Position numbers and translations under genes: made by a program
The notes under the pieces: generated by a model
What the model saw: only the letters and a program-made list of their open reading frames with translations
Told to the model about the DNA's origin: nothing
Databases searched by the model: none
Assembly: GCF_965641715.1 (NCBI RefSeq)
Contig: NZ_OZ282453.1
Strand: one strand, 5' to 3'
Origin: Escherichia coli
GTDB taxonomy: Bacteria > Pseudomonadota > Gammaproteobacteria > Enterobacterales > Enterobacteriaceae
DNA: 64,000 nt
Shown here: piece by piece, positions 42,212 through 57,090 of the stretch
How positions within the stretch are numbered: position 1 is the stretch's first letter
Layout of the letters: each line of letters opens with the position of its first letter

Positions 42212-42763
42212 TCATGGCAACTCCGGCGGTAGCCACTCTTCCACTTCAATCAACACTAACAACGCTGCATCTCCGCCGTACTCTTTCGGCGCCTGGTGAA
42301 ATGCCATTACATGCGGATGTTGTGCCAGCCACAGCGGCGTTTGCTGTTTTAAAATATGCTTCCCGTGCCCGTGCATTACGCAAGCGCAAAACACATGTTC
42401 ACGGCGGCAGGCGGCAATCAACGCCCCCAGTTCCTGCTTGGCCTGTAGCTGCGTCAGACCGTGTAAATCCAAAAACAATTCCGGCGAATAATCACCGCGT
42501 CGCAACTTCTTCGCTTCAAAATGACTAACATCCGGGCGGACATATTTCACTGGGCCTTCGGTATTCAGTAACGGCTGAAACTCATCTGAGAAATAATGGC
42601 TGGCATCAGCCTGCTCCTGGATCAAGCGTTTCACCGGCACTTCGCTGACTTTTTTACGCTGTGGCCGATGGACAATGGTGTCCTGCTTAATCTTGCGAGT
42701 CCCCGCCATCAACTGGCGAAACAGAGCCTGGTCCTCCTCGCTAAGTGTTGTTTTCTTTTTCAT
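42212..42763 (-). CDS. smrB: Smr-domain ribosome rescue endonuclease SmrB
   Basis: 183 aa; Smr domain; divergent from prmB. Confidence 0.8.
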   Translation of the reverse strand: MKKKTTLSEEDQALFRQLMAGTRKIKQDTIVHRPQRKKVSEVPVKRLIQEQADASHYFSDEFQPLLNTEGPVKYVRPDVSHFEAKKLRRGDYSPELFLDLHGLTQLQAKQELGALIAACRREHVFCACVMHGHGKHILKQQTPLWLAQHPHVMAFHQAPKEYGGDAALLVLIEVEEWLPPELP

Positions 42764-42928
42764 TTATCTGTCTCTATTTCTAATTTTCCTACAGTTTACC
42801 CGACTCGTAGCGCAATCGATCGTTTTAAACGTATTTTTCCTCACTCACCGCGCGTGAATGCTGATTTATCGTCATCTTCATGGCAAACTAGCCGCCGAAA
42901 TTATTGCGATCATGCCCTGGAGGAATAC

Positions 42929-43861
42929 GTGGATAAAATTTTCGTTGATGAAGCAGTAAATGAGCTGCAAACCATTCAGGACATGTTGCGCTGGTCGGTG
43001 AGCCGCTTCAGCGCGGCAAATATCTGGTACGGTCACGGCACCGATAACCCGTGGGATGAAGCCGTACAGCTGGTATTGCCGTCGCTCTACCTGCCGCTGG
43101 ATATTCCGGAAGATATGCGCACCGCGCGTCTGACCTCCAGCGAAAAACATCGTATTGTTGAGCGCGTGATCCGCCGCGTCAACGAACGCATTCCGGTAGC
43201 TTACCTGACCAACAAAGCGTGGTTCTGCGGCCATGAATTTTACGTCGATGAACGCGTGCTGGTGCCGCGCTCGCCGATTGGTGAATTGATCAACAATAAA
43301 TTTGCCGGACTTATCAGCAAGCAACCGCAGCATATTTTAGATATGTGTACCGGTAGCGGCTGCATCGCCATTGCCTGTGCTTATGCCTTCCCGGAAGCGG
43401 AAGTCGATGCGGTAGATATCTCTCCCGACGCGCTGGCGGTTGCCGAACAGAACATCGAAGAACACGGTCTGATCCACAACGTCATACCGATTCGTTCCGA
43501 TCTGTTCCGTGATTTGCCGAAAGTGCAGTACGACCTGATTGTCACTAACCCGCCGTATGTCGATGCGGAAGATATGTCCGACCTGCCAAACGAATACCGT
43601 CACGAGCCGGAACTGGGCCTGGCATCTGGCACTGACGGCCTGAAACTGACGCGTCGCATTCTCGGTAACGCGGCAGATTACCTTGCTGATGATGGTGTGC
43701 TGATTTGTGAAGTCGGCAACAGCATGGTACATCTTATGGAACAATATCCGGATGTTCCGTTCACCTGGCTGGAGTTTGATAACGGCGGCGATGGTGTGTT
43801 TATGCTCACCAAAGAGCAGCTGCTGGCGGCCCGTGAACATTTCGCGATTTATAAAGATTAA
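42929..43861 (+). CDS. prmB: ribosomal protein L3 glutamine methyltransferase
   Basis: 310 aa from GTG start; NPPY methyltransferase motif (VTNPPYV). Confidence 0.8.
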   Translation: MDKIFVDEAVNELQTIQDMLRWSVSRFSAANIWYGHGTDNPWDEAVQLVLPSLYLPLDIPEDMRTARLTSSEKHRIVERVIRRVNERIPVAYLTNKAWFCGHEFYVDERVLVPRSPIGELINNKFAGLISKQPQHILDMCTGSGCIAIACAYAFPEAEVDAVDISPDALAVAEQNIEEHGLIHNVIPIRSDLFRDLPKVQYDLIVTNPPYVDAEDMSDLPNEYRHEPELGLASGTDGLKLTRRILGNAADYLADDGVLICEVGNSMVHLMEQYPDVPFTWLEFDNGGDGVFMLTKEQLLAAREHFAIYKD

Positions 43862-43895
43862 GTAAACACGCAAACACAACAATAACGGAGCCGTG

Positions 43896-44981
43896 ATGGC
43901 TGGAAACACAATTGGACAACTCTTTCGCGTAACCACCTTCGGCGAATCGCACGGGCTGGCGCTCGGCTGCATCGTCGATGGTGTTCCGCCGGGCATTCCG
44001 CTGACGGAAGCGGACCTGCAACATGACCTTGATCGTCGTCGCCCTGGGACATCGCGCTATACCACACAGCGTCGTGAGCCAGATCAGGTCAAAATTCTCT
44101 CCGGTGTTTTTGAAGGTGTTACTACCGGCACCAGCATTGGTTTGTTGATCGAAAATACCGATCAGCGTTCTCAGGATTATAGTGCGATTAAGGACGTTTT
44201 CCGTCCTGGCCATGCCGATTACACCTACGAACAAAAATACGGTCTGCGCGATTATCGCGGCGGTGGACGTTCTTCCGCCCGCGAAACCGCCATGCGCGTG
44301 GCGGCAGGGGCGATTGCCAAAAAATATCTCGCCGAGAAATTTGGTATTGAAATCCGCGGCTGCCTGACCCAGATGGGCGACATTCCGCTGGAAATCAAAG
44401 ACTGGTCGCAGGTTGAACAAAATCCGTTCTTCTGCCCGGACCCGGACAAAATCGACGCGTTAGATGAACTGATGCGCGCGCTGAAAAAAGAGGGCGACTC
44501 CATCGGCGCGAAAGTCACCGTTGTAGCCAGTGGTGTCCCCGCCGGACTTGGCGAGCCGGTCTTTGACCGCCTGGATGCCGACATCGCCCATGCGCTGATG
44601 AGCATCAACGCGGTGAAAGGCGTGGAAATTGGCGACGGTTTTGACGTAGTGGCGCTGCGCGGCAGCCAGAATCGCGACGAAATCACCAAAGACGGTTTCC
44701 AGAGCAACCATGCGGGCGGCATTCTTGGCGGTATCAGCAGCGGGCAGCAAATCATTGCCCATATGGCGCTGAAACCGACCTCCAGCATTACCGTGCCGGG
44801 GCGCACCATTAACCGCTTTGGCGAAGAAGTTGAGATGATCACCAAAGGCCGTCACGATCCTTGTGTCGGGATCCGCGCGGTGCCGATCGCTGAAGCGATG
44901 CTGGCGATCGTATTAATGGATCACCTGTTACGGCAGCGGGCGCAAAATGCCGATGTGAAGACTGATATTCCACGCTGGTAA
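43896..44981 (+). CDS. aroC: chorismate synthase
   Basis: 361 aa starting [20 protein letters not shown]. Confidence 0.9.
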   Translation: MAGNTIGQLFRVTTFGESHGLALGCIVDGVPPGIPLTEADLQHDLDRRRPGTSRYTTQRREPDQVKILSGVFEGVTTGTSIGLLIENTDQRSQDYSAIKDVFRPGHADYTYEQKYGLRDYRGGGRSSARETAMRVAAGAIAKKYLAEKFGIEIRGCLTQMGDIPLEIKDWSQVEQNPFFCPDPDKIDALDELMRALKKEGDSIGAKVTVVASGVPAGLGEPVFDRLDADIAHALMSINAVKGVEIGDGFDVVALRGSQNRDEITKDGFQSNHAGGILGGISSGQQIIAHMALKPTSSITVPGRTINRFGEEVEMITKGRHDPCVGIRAVPIAEAMLAIVLMDHLLRQRAQNADVKTDIPRW

Positions 44982-44984
44982 AAA

Positions 44985-45809
44985 ATGAACAAAACCGCGA
45001 TTGCGCTGCTGGCCCTGCTTGCCAGTAGCGTCAGCCTGGCAGCGACGCCGTGGCAAAAAATAACCCAACCTGTGCCGGGTAGCGCACAATCGATAGGCAG
45101 TTTTTCTAATGGCTGTATCGTCGGCGCTGACACGCTGCCGATACAGTCCGAACATTATCAGGTCATGCGTACCGATCAGCGTCGCTATTTCGGTCACCCG
45201 GACCTGGTGATGTTTATCCAGCGTCTGAGTAGCCAGGTGAGCAATCTGGGCATGGGTACGGTGCTGATTGGCGATATGGGGATGCCCGCTGGTGGGCGTT
45301 TCAACGGCGGTCATGCCAGCCACCAGACCGGACTGGATGTCGATATCTTTCTGCAACTGCCGAAAACTCGCTGGACCTCCGCGCAGCTCTTGCGCCCGCA
45401 AGCGTTAGATTTGGTTTCCCGGGACGGTAAACGCGTTGTCCCCACGCTGTGGAAGCCGGAAATTTTCAGCTTGATCAAACTCGCCGCCCAGGACAAAGAC
45501 GTCACGCGCATTTTTGTTAATCCGGCGATTAAACAACAACTTTGCCTTGATGCGGGCACCGATCGCGACTGGTTGCGCAAAGTGCGACCCTGGTTCCAGC
45601 ATCGTGCGCATATGCATGTACGATTACGTTGCCCTGCCGATAGTCTGGAGTGTGAAGATCAACCTTTACCGCCACCAGGCGATGGTTGCGGGGCAGAACT
45701 GCAAAGCTGGTTTGAACCTCCAAAACCGGGAACAACAAAGCCTGAGAAGAAGACACCGCCTCCGTTGCCGCCTTCCTGCCAGGCGCTACTGGATGAGCAC
45801 GTGATCTAA
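44985..45809 (+). CDS. mepA: penicillin-insensitive murein endopeptidase
   Basis: 274 aa with signal peptide; recognised MepA sequence. Confidence 0.85.
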   Translation: MNKTAIALLALLASSVSLAATPWQKITQPVPGSAQSIGSFSNGCIVGADTLPIQSEHYQVMRTDQRRYFGHPDLVMFIQRLSSQVSNLGMGTVLIGDMGMPAGGRFNGGHASHQTGLDVDIFLQLPKTRWTSAQLLRPQALDLVSRDGKRVVPTLWKPEIFSLIKLAAQDKDVTRIFVNPAIKQQLCLDAGTDRDWLRKVRPWFQHRAHMHVRLRCPADSLECEDQPLPPPGDGCGAELQSWFEPPKPGTTKPEKKTPPPLPPSCQALLDEHVI

Positions 45810-46618
45810 TGGAAACGTTTAATAGCCTGTTTATGGTTTCCCCGCTGTTGCTGGGAGTTCTCTTTTTTGTCGCCATGCTGGCGGGATTTATCGACTCGAT
45901 TGCCGGTGGCGGTGGGTTACTCACCATTCCGGCATTGATGGCAGCGGGGATGTCTCCCGCTAATGCGCTGGCAACCAATAAACTGCAAGCCTGCGGCGGC
46001 TCTATTTCCGCCACTATCTACTTTATTCGCCGCAAAGTGGTTAGTTTAAGCGATCAGAAACTCAATATCGCCATGACCTTTATCGGCTCAATGAGCGGCG
46101 CACTGCTGGTGCAATACGTTCAGGCTGATGTCTTACGGCAGATTTTGCCCATTCTGGTGATTTGTATCGGCCTCTATTTCTTGCTGATGCCAAAGCTGGG
46201 TGAAGAAGATCGCCAGCGCCGGATGTACGGTTTACCCTTCGCGTTAATTGCCGGTGGCTGCGTCGGTTTTTATGACGGATTCTTTGGTCCGGCAGCCGGA
46301 TCGTTTTACGCGCTGGCCTTTGTTACGCTGTGCGGATTCAACCTCGCCAAAGCCACGGCTCACGCCAAATTACTCAACGCAACGTCAAACATCGGCGGTT
46401 TACTGCTGTTTATTCTCGGCGGCAAAGTGATTTGGGCGACGGGCTTTGTGATGCTAGTGGGGCAGTTCCTCGGCGCGCGCATGGGTTCAAGACTGGTGTT
46501 GAGCAAAGGACAAAAACTGATCCGCCCGATGATCGTTATCGTCTCGGCGGTGATGAGTGCCAAATTACTTTATGATAGCCACGGACAGGAGATCCTCCAC
46601 TGGTTGGGGATGAACTAA
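45809..46618 (+). CDS. yfcA: TauE/SafE family inner membrane protein
   Basis: 269-aa polytopic membrane protein. Confidence 0.75.
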   Translation: METFNSLFMVSPLLLGVLFFVAMLAGFIDSIAGGGGLLTIPALMAAGMSPANALATNKLQACGGSISATIYFIRRKVVSLSDQKLNIAMTFIGSMSGALLVQYVQADVLRQILPILVICIGLYFLLMPKLGEEDRQRRMYGLPFALIAGGCVGFYDGFFGPAAGSFYALAFVTLCGFNLAKATAHAKLLNATSNIGGLLLFILGGKVIWATGFVMLVGQFLGARMGSRLVLSKGQKLIRPMIVIVSAVMSAKLLYDSHGQEILHWLGMN

Positions 46619-47166
46619 TGAACAGTACACACCACTATGAGCAGTTGATTGAAATTTTTAATAGCTGCTTTGCCGATGATTTTAATACCCGTCTGATTAA
46701 AGGCGACGACGAACCGATCTATCTTCCTGCTGATGCGGAAGTACCGTATAACCGAATCGTCTTTGCCCACGGCTTTTATGCCAGCGCAATTCATGAGATT
46801 TCGCACTGGTGTATTGCCGGGAAAGCGCGCCGCGAGCAGGTTGATTTCGGCTACTGGTATTGCCCGGACGGTCGCGATGCCCAAACGCAAAGCCAGTTTG
46901 AAGATGTTGAAGTGAAGCCGCAGGCGCTTGACTGGTTGTTCTGCGTGGCGGCGGGATACCCGTTTAACGTCAGTTGCGACAATCTGGAAGGCGACTTCGA
47001 ACCGGACCGCGTGGTGTTTCAACGGCGAGTACATGCGCAGGTGATGGATTATCTAACAACTGGCATTCCGGAACGCCCGGCACGTTTCATTAAAGCACTA
47101 CAAAATTATTATCACACGCCGGAACTTACGGCGGAACAGTTCCCGTGGCCGGAAGCGCTCAACTGA
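46618..47166 (+). CDS. epmC: elongation factor P hydroxylase
   Basis: 182 aa; synteny yfcA-epmC-yfcL. Confidence 0.75.
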   Translation: MNSTHHYEQLIEIFNSCFADDFNTRLIKGDDEPIYLPADAEVPYNRIVFAHGFYASAIHEISHWCIAGKARREQVDFGYWYCPDGRDAQTQSQFEDVEVKPQALDWLFCVAAGYPFNVSCDNLEGDFEPDRVVFQRRVHAQVMDYLTTGIPERPARFIKALQNYYHTPELTAEQFPWPEALN

Positions 47167-47199
47167 AGCCAGCGCCACGTTTTACAATGAGGAAAGAAG

Positions 47200-47478
47200 A
47201 TGATCGCGGAGTTTGAATCACGCATTCTGGCATTAATCGACGGTATGGTTGACCATGCCAGTGATGATGAGTTGTTTGCCAGTGGGTATTTGCGTGGCCA
47301 CCTGACATTAGCCATCGCAGAACTGGAAAGTGGTGATGACCACTCCGCTCAGGCGGTACATACGACCGTTAGCCAGAGTCTGGAAAAAGCCATTGGTGCT
47401 GGTGAATTGTCGCCGCGTGACCAGGCGCTGGTGACCGATATGTGGGAAAACCTGTTTCAGCAGGCGTCACAGCAGTAA
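47200..47478 (+). CDS. yfcL: uncharacterised protein YfcL
   Basis: 92-aa ORF. Confidence 0.65.
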
Positions 47479-47484
47479 GTTGCG

Positions 47485-47585
<101 letters not shown>

Positions 47586-47598
47586 ATGCCAAAGCTGG

Positions 47599-49671
<2,073 letters not shown>

Positions 49672-49681
49672 CTATTAATTG

Positions 49682-49716
49682 GCTGATCGGACTTGTTCGG
49701 CGTACAAGTGTACGCT
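49682..49716 (+). promoter_or_regulatory. fabB promoter operators: FadR site (GCTGATCGGACTTGTTC) and FabR palindrome (GCGTACA-AG-TGTACGC)
   Basis: Sequences match the known arrangement of the fabB promoter, 50-80 bp upstream of fabB start. Confidence 0.5.
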
Positions 49717-49763
49717 ATTGTGCATTCGAAACTTACTCTATGTGCGACTTACAGAGGTATTGA

Positions 49764-50984
49764 ATGAAACGTGCAGTGATTACTGGCCTGGGCATTGTTT
49801 CCAGCATCGGTAATAACCAGCAGGAAGTCCTGGCATCTCTGCGTGAAGGACGTTCAGGGATCACTTTCTCTCAGGAGCTGAAGGATTCCGGCATGCGTAG
49901 CCACGTCTGGGGCAACGTAAAACTGGATACCACTGGCCTCATTGACCGCAAAGTTGTGCGCTTTATGAGCGACGCATCCATTTATGCATTCCTTTCTATG
50001 GAGCAGGCAATCGCTGATGCGGGCCTCTCCCCGGAAGCTTACCAGAATAACCCGCGCGTTGGCCTGATTGCAGGTTCCGGCGGCGGCTCCCCGCGTTTCC
50101 AGGTGTTCGGCGCTGACGCAATGCGCGGCCCGCGCGGCCTGAAAGCGGTTGGCCCGTATGTGGTCACCAAAGCGATGGCATCCGGCGTTTCTGCCTGCCT
50201 CGCCACCCCGTTTAAAATTCATGGCGTTAACTACTCCATCAGCTCCGCGTGTGCGACTTCCGCACACTGTATCGGTAACGCAGTAGAGCAGATCCAACTG
50301 GGCAAACAGGACATCGTGTTTGCTGGCGGCGGCGAAGAGCTGTGCTGGGAAATGGCTTGCGAATTCGACGCAATGGGTGCGCTGTCTACTAAATACAACG
50401 ACACCCCGGAAAAAGCCTCCCGTACTTACGACGCTCACCGTGACGGTTTCGTTATCGCTGGCGGCGGCGGTATGGTGGTGGTTGAAGAGCTGGAACACGC
50501 GCTGGCGCGTGGTGCTCATATCTATGCTGAAATCGTTGGCTACGGCGCAACGTCTGATGGCGCAGATATGGTTGCTCCGTCTGGCGAAGGCGCAGTACGC
50601 TGCATGAAGATGGCGATGCATGGCGTTGATACCCCAATCGATTACCTGAACTCCCACGGTACTTCGACTCCGGTTGGCGACGTGAAAGAGCTGGCAGCTA
50701 TCCGTGAAGTGTTCGGCGATAAGAGCCCTGCGATTTCTGCAACCAAAGCCATGACCGGTCACTCTCTGGGCGCTGCTGGCGTACAGGAAGCTATCTACTC
50801 TCTGCTGATGCTGGAACACGGCTTTATCGCCCCGAGCATCAACATTGAAGAGCTGGACGAGCAGGCTGCGGGTCTGAACATCGTGACCGAAACGACCGAT
50901 CGCGAACTGACCACTGTTATGTCTAACAGCTTCGGCTTCGGCGGCACCAACGCCACGCTGGTAATGCGCAAGCTGAAAGATTAA
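49764..50984 (+). CDS. fabB: 3-oxoacyl-ACP synthase I
   Basis: 406 aa; recognised FabB sequence. Confidence 0.9.
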
Positions 50985-50990
50985 TTCGCA

Positions 50991-51063
50991 GTAGGCCGGA
51001 GTAGGTCGGATAAGACGCGTCAGCGTCGCATCCGACGTTACGCGCCAATGCGGCATCCGGCAC
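50991..51063. repeat. REP elements downstream of fabB
   Basis: GTAGGTCGGATAAGACGCGTCAGCGTCGCATCCGAC plus a second palindromic unit. Confidence 0.55.
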
Positions 51064-51255
51064 TAACGCCAAAGGGAACCCGATGGTTCCCTTTTTCACA
51101 TCATTGACAATCGCCGCCTGTTCCAGGCAAACTTCCCGCTTTGTCGATTTCCTTCTGAAAAGACGTACGCGTTAATTCCTGCCAACGCACCGTAACCCTG
51201 AAACCAGAGAGATGAGACGGGGATACTCCTCGCCTTGCGCTGCATTCTGGAGTAA

Positions 51256-53429
<2,174 letters not shown>

Positions 53430-53625
53430 TACGTATCCTTATACCTGAAATCTTCGCAAGTATGCCTGGCCGCGAGATTATGGCACACTTGTCCGGTTAA
53501 CTCTCGTCTCATACAGGTAACACAAACGTGAAAATCCTTGTTGATGAAAAAAATGATGACTTAATTTATTGATGTAAAAGGATTTATGTCAGCGCGTGTC
53601 CACGCAGTGACCACATTTTCGAGTT

Positions 53626-53669
53626 ACAGATAACACAAAGCCCGTTTTCACGGGCTTTGTGTTATCTGT
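53626..53669. repeat. perfect 19-bp inverted repeat hairpin with TTTTCA loop
   Basis: ACAGATAACACAAAGCCCG-TTTTCA-CGGGCTTTGTGTTATCTGT, 28 bp downstream of the stop of the 297-aa gene. Confidence 0.5.
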
Positions 53670-53696
53670 AATTGTGGCTAAGCCACATGATTTATA

Positions 53697-54590
53697 CTAT
53701 TTCCAGTTACAAGCAGATTGAAGCGGTTTTAGCGCGTTTGACAGGCCGTTTAAATTGAAAGTTGCACTTACGGGGCTCTCATTATAAGGCGTTATTTTTG
53801 TATACATTTTGCTTGAGTTGGCTAGTTTTCGGATGAAATCAATGTCATTACCTTTATAAAAAACAGCCTTTGTATCTGTAGATACTAGCCAGTTTCGCTC
53901 AACTGCTTTCTGTTTATCAAGGCGATAAAGCATGCTGGTTTGTTCAAGGCCTAAATATACATCCCAACTAAGAAATACTTCGGTTTTCTTTTCTCGGCAA
54001 GCTATAAACAGAGTAGGAGTAACCGCTTCTCCAAATGGAGTTCTGATATAATCATCACTTTCTAACGATAAAATTACATTTTTCGAATCATCAATTGGCG
54101 ATGTAGTAATGGATGTGTGCCATTTTCCTACATCTGTGGCTTTCTCTAATTTTGATTCAGCTTGAACGGCTTTATCCTGTGGGAATAGTTTATCGTAGCA
54201 GTTTAGTCTGGCTTCTTTATCATTTTCTGCACGACATTTAGATATCTCAGAAAGATTTGGTTGCTGAGCCTCTGTTGTTACTGGCTTTTCCGTTTTAGAT
54301 TTTGAGTTTACAGATGGAATAAATGTTGGAGAAAAGAAACGATCATAACAAGATAAACGTCTATCATCATCTTTCTCATCAGGGCATTGATCTCTGCTTT
54401 CGAATTTTTCAGCAACTTTCGTTCGAGTCGGTTGTATTGACTTATCGTAACAAGAAAGTCTGTCTTTATTATTTTCTATTGCTCGGCACTGGAGTACTGC
54501 ATTGAAGTTCTTATGTTCAGTTGCTGCGTGAACAGGCAGTACACTAATTGATAAAAATGATGCGCCTATAGAAAAAATTATATTTTTCAT
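53697..54590 (-). CDS. secreted protein with three Cys-containing repeats
   Basis: 297 aa; signal peptide MKNIIFSIGASFLSISVLPVHA; repeats RLSCYDK / RLSCYDR / RLNCYDK; AT-rich. Confidence 0.5.
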   Translation of the reverse strand: MKNIIFSIGASFLSISVLPVHAATEHKNFNAVLQCRAIENNKDRLSCYDKSIQPTRTKVAEKFESRDQCPDEKDDDRRLSCYDRFFSPTFIPSVNSKSKTEKPVTTEAQQPNLSEISKCRAENDKEARLNCYDKLFPQDKAVQAESKLEKATDVGKWHTSITTSPIDDSKNVILSLESDDYIRTPFGEAVTPTLFIACREKKTEVFLSWDVYLGLEQTSMLYRLDKQKAVERNWLVSTDTKAVFYKGNDIDFIRKLANSSKMYTKITPYNESPVSATFNLNGLSNALKPLQSACNWK

Positions 54591-54594
54591 TTTA

Positions 54595-54927
54595 TTATCC
54601 CTTTGGTTTAGTAAGAAATACTAAAATTCCGATAATGATATCGCCAATAACCCATAAGCTTCCAATGGTAATTAAACCTAAGCCTGTACCAATAACTGCA
54701 CCGGCTTTTTCAGCATCGGATGTGGCATTATTTATTATTTCACTAGTGCCACCTAGTCCAACTAAAAGCGTATAGATCATAAAAATATTAAATAATATAA
54801 AAACCCACTTAATGATCCGTCCAAAAAATGAACGCTTAAGTTTTTGTAGTTGTTTACCACAAGCAGGGCAATACAATGCTGAATCGCTCACCTCTTTCTG
54901 GCATTCAGGACATTTGATTAATGCCAT
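54595..54927 (-). CDS. zinc-ribbon membrane protein
   Basis: 110 aa; N-terminal CPEC...CPACG zinc ribbon then two hydrophobic helices; 4-bp gap to downstream gene. Confidence 0.5.
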   Translation of the reverse strand: MALIKCPECQKEVSDSALYCPACGKQLQKLKRSFFGRIIKWVFILFNIFMIYTLLVGLGGTSEIINNATSDAEKAGAVIGTGLGLITIGSLWVIGDIIIGILVFLTKPKG

Positions 54928-55189
54928 GTAATCCGCCTCCTTTGGATTAATACGAGTTGATGTTTGTTACAAAACATTTTGATTTTATCAGATTTTTTTT
55001 TATTGATAAGTGTCAATTGATTAGCTGGTATAGAGTGAGGCATATAGAAGGGCTGATCTGTATCAGTATGTGATGCAAAAATCCCACAGTTTCATGGAAT
55101 TTTTGCAGTTAGAGCTGTGAGATAGGGTGCCTTATCGACCTTACCCTGGCAACCGATTGACGGGGGATTGCTCCCCCGTCGCGGTTTCC

Positions 55190-55330
55190 TTACTGCTTAC
55201 ACTGTAAGAACGCCGCAAACTCCGCTCCCCAGAAGCTCATCCGTATTTCGCACAGCGAACCGTGAAGCATCCAGATGATGAGGATTGCCGTCACGCAGAA
55301 CGTGATGGCCGTAAGCGATTTTTGCGACAT
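55190..55330 (-). CDS. Hok/Gef-family-like small membrane toxin
   Basis: 46-aa ORF MSQKSLTAITFCVTAILIIWMLHGSLCEIRMSFWGAEFAAFLQCKQ; strong RBS AAGGAG; SLCEIR and AAF motifs resemble Hok. Confidence 0.45.
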   Translation of the reverse strand: MSQKSLTAITFCVTAILIIWMLHGSLCEIRMSFWGAEFAAFLQCKQ

Positions 55331-55520
55331 AGCGCTTGCTCCTTTTTCGGGGAGGCGCTAACCTATCACTTGCTTAGGGTAGACGGTTAGGGCCTCGGTT
55401 AAACAAAAGTGTTTTCCGGGGCCTTTCCACATCTGGCCTTCGGGTATTCCCTCCGACCATCAGCCGAAAGGCACCCGCGCGTAATCTATCGCTTTTTTGT
55501 TACTCCGACAATTCTGCCTG

Positions 55521-55781
55521 TTAATTCTGAGGTAAAGGCAAACTCATCTGATTGTTTCCCCTGTGTGAAGCTGGCAGCTCATGCCACGGGATACCTTCTG
55601 ATGAGTGAACGCCGGAGGCGTGTTTCGATGTGAATTTATGGAAAGCTTCCAGTGTTGAGAAGCATACGCCGCATTCCAGATTGTTACACTGGTAATACTT
55701 TTGCCGCACGGTGTTTGAATCATTTTCCGGACGACTGGTGCGGATACGGGCAGATGCGCCACAAAGCGGACAACGGAACAT
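55521..55781 (-). CDS. Ogr/Delta-family zinc-finger late transcription activator-like protein
   Basis: N-terminus MFRCPLCGASARIRTSR...YYQCNNLECGVCF (C2C2 finger); C-terminus diverges from P2 Ogr, may be degenerate. Confidence 0.5.
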   Translation of the reverse strand: MFRCPLCGASARIRTSRPENDSNTVRQKYYQCNNLECGVCFSTLEAFHKFTSKHASGVHSSEGIPWHELPASHRGNNQMSLPLPQN

Positions 55782-55823
55782 AGCGACCTCCCTTAACGTG
55801 GTGCTGCCGCTATTCTAAGTTGC

Positions 55824-56933
55824 TCACTCTGTTTCTGCTATCCATTCCGGGATTTTTGCTTCAAGCTCAAGCTGCGTGGTAAAGCCACTGTTATCAATGG
55901 TGTGCTCGGCTTTCGCAATAATCCAGTCCTGATTATCAATCTCGCTTTTAAATCCTGTTACCGTGCCATGCATTTCGGGGTAGAGTTCTGCTCGTCCACG
56001 TGTCAGCGTGATGGAGAATGATGCGGCTCCGCGTTGTAGTTGTTGCCACTTTGCCGCCGCTGCGCGTCTTGCTGCCTGCTCGTTCTGATAAGTCTTGCGT
56101 AACACAAACACATTGCCTTCCGCGCCTTCCATATAATCACCTTCACGGCTGCTGCTTTTCTCTTTTTTCGGTTTTGGCGGTTTGCGGCGTTTCACGCTGA
56201 CTTTTTTCTTTTTCCCGTAATTAAGATCAAGCCAGTAAGCGCGTACCCCCGTATACGCTTCGCGGTCAGCAATGCGGAACTGATGGCGATCGCCACTGCT
56301 GCGTGTGATGGCGAACGATGGCAACGGCTGGCCCTGTGCGTTCACGCCACCGCCGGGCATGATGAATAACAGATTACCGCTTTTTACCGTGGTGATTGCG
56401 CCCAGCATTTCCGCCATGCGCGTAAGGAAGGACATGTCACTTTCTTCGGTCTGGTCGGCGTGGTCGATTTCGATATCCATCAGCATTTCGCTGATTTGCG
56501 GTTTCAGACCGTACCGATGAGCGATGGCGGATACCACACGCTCAACGGTCACATCATGCCAGGACACCTCACGTTTAACGTTAAATTCATCCCGAAAATC
56601 TGCGCTTCTGGCTGAAACAGTCAGCCTGTCCGGCGGTCCTTCGTGTGCGATTTCATCAACAATGTAAGAGCCTTTTTCTGCCAGCGGTTCGCCTTTCCAG
56701 CCAATGAGAACCGTCAGGCGCGCGCCCCGTGGCGGTAGCTGCAACTGACCATCCGCATCATCCAGCGTGATGGTTAGCTGATCTGCCTCAAATCCCCGGT
56801 TGTCGGTCAGCGACAGGCTCATCAGGCGCTCTGCCACTCCGGACAGCGTTTTACCCTCCGCGAGAATATCAAAATCCGGCATTTTTACGGGGTCTGTGCT
56901 CTGACTGAGCAATTGCATGGTGGTATCGGTCAT
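55824..56933 (-). CDS. P2-like tail protein D (late control gene D)
   Basis: 369 aa from ATG with RBS GGGAGGAAG; gpD-like sequence with lysine-rich linker. Confidence 0.7.
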   Translation of the reverse strand: MTDTTMQLLSQSTDPVKMPDFDILAEGKTLSGVAERLMSLSLTDNRGFEADQLTITLDDADGQLQLPPRGARLTVLIGWKGEPLAEKGSYIVDEIAHEGPPDRLTVSARSADFRDEFNVKREVSWHDVTVERVVSAIAHRYGLKPQISEMLMDIEIDHADQTEESDMSFLTRMAEMLGAITTVKSGNLLFIMPGGGVNAQGQPLPSFAITRSSGDRHQFRIADREAYTGVRAYWLDLNYGKKKKVSVKRRKPPKPKKEKSSSREGDYMEGAEGNVFVLRKTYQNEQAARRAAAAKWQQLQRGAASFSITLTRGRAELYPEMHGTVTGFKSEIDNQDWIIAKAEHTIDNSGFTTQLELEAKIPEWIAETE

Positions 56934-57090
56934 CTGCTTCCTCCCTGTGCGGCATGGTCGCATGTGCGTGTGGAGGGGGTTACTGCTTTTTGTTGTCGCC
57001 GTGGCGGGAGAACGGCGCAGGGGTGAGATTACGCGCGTGGTGGGTGATGATTGTTGCCGAATCATTTAACGGATACAAGGGGCTGAAGCT

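Noticed and set aside
56934-57090. Divergent intergenic region between gpD and FI, searched for a P2 late-promoter dyad (TGT-N12-ACA)
   Set aside because: Only an imperfect dyad (TGATTGTTGCCGAATCA) was found; not convincing enough to call an Ogr-dependent promoter.
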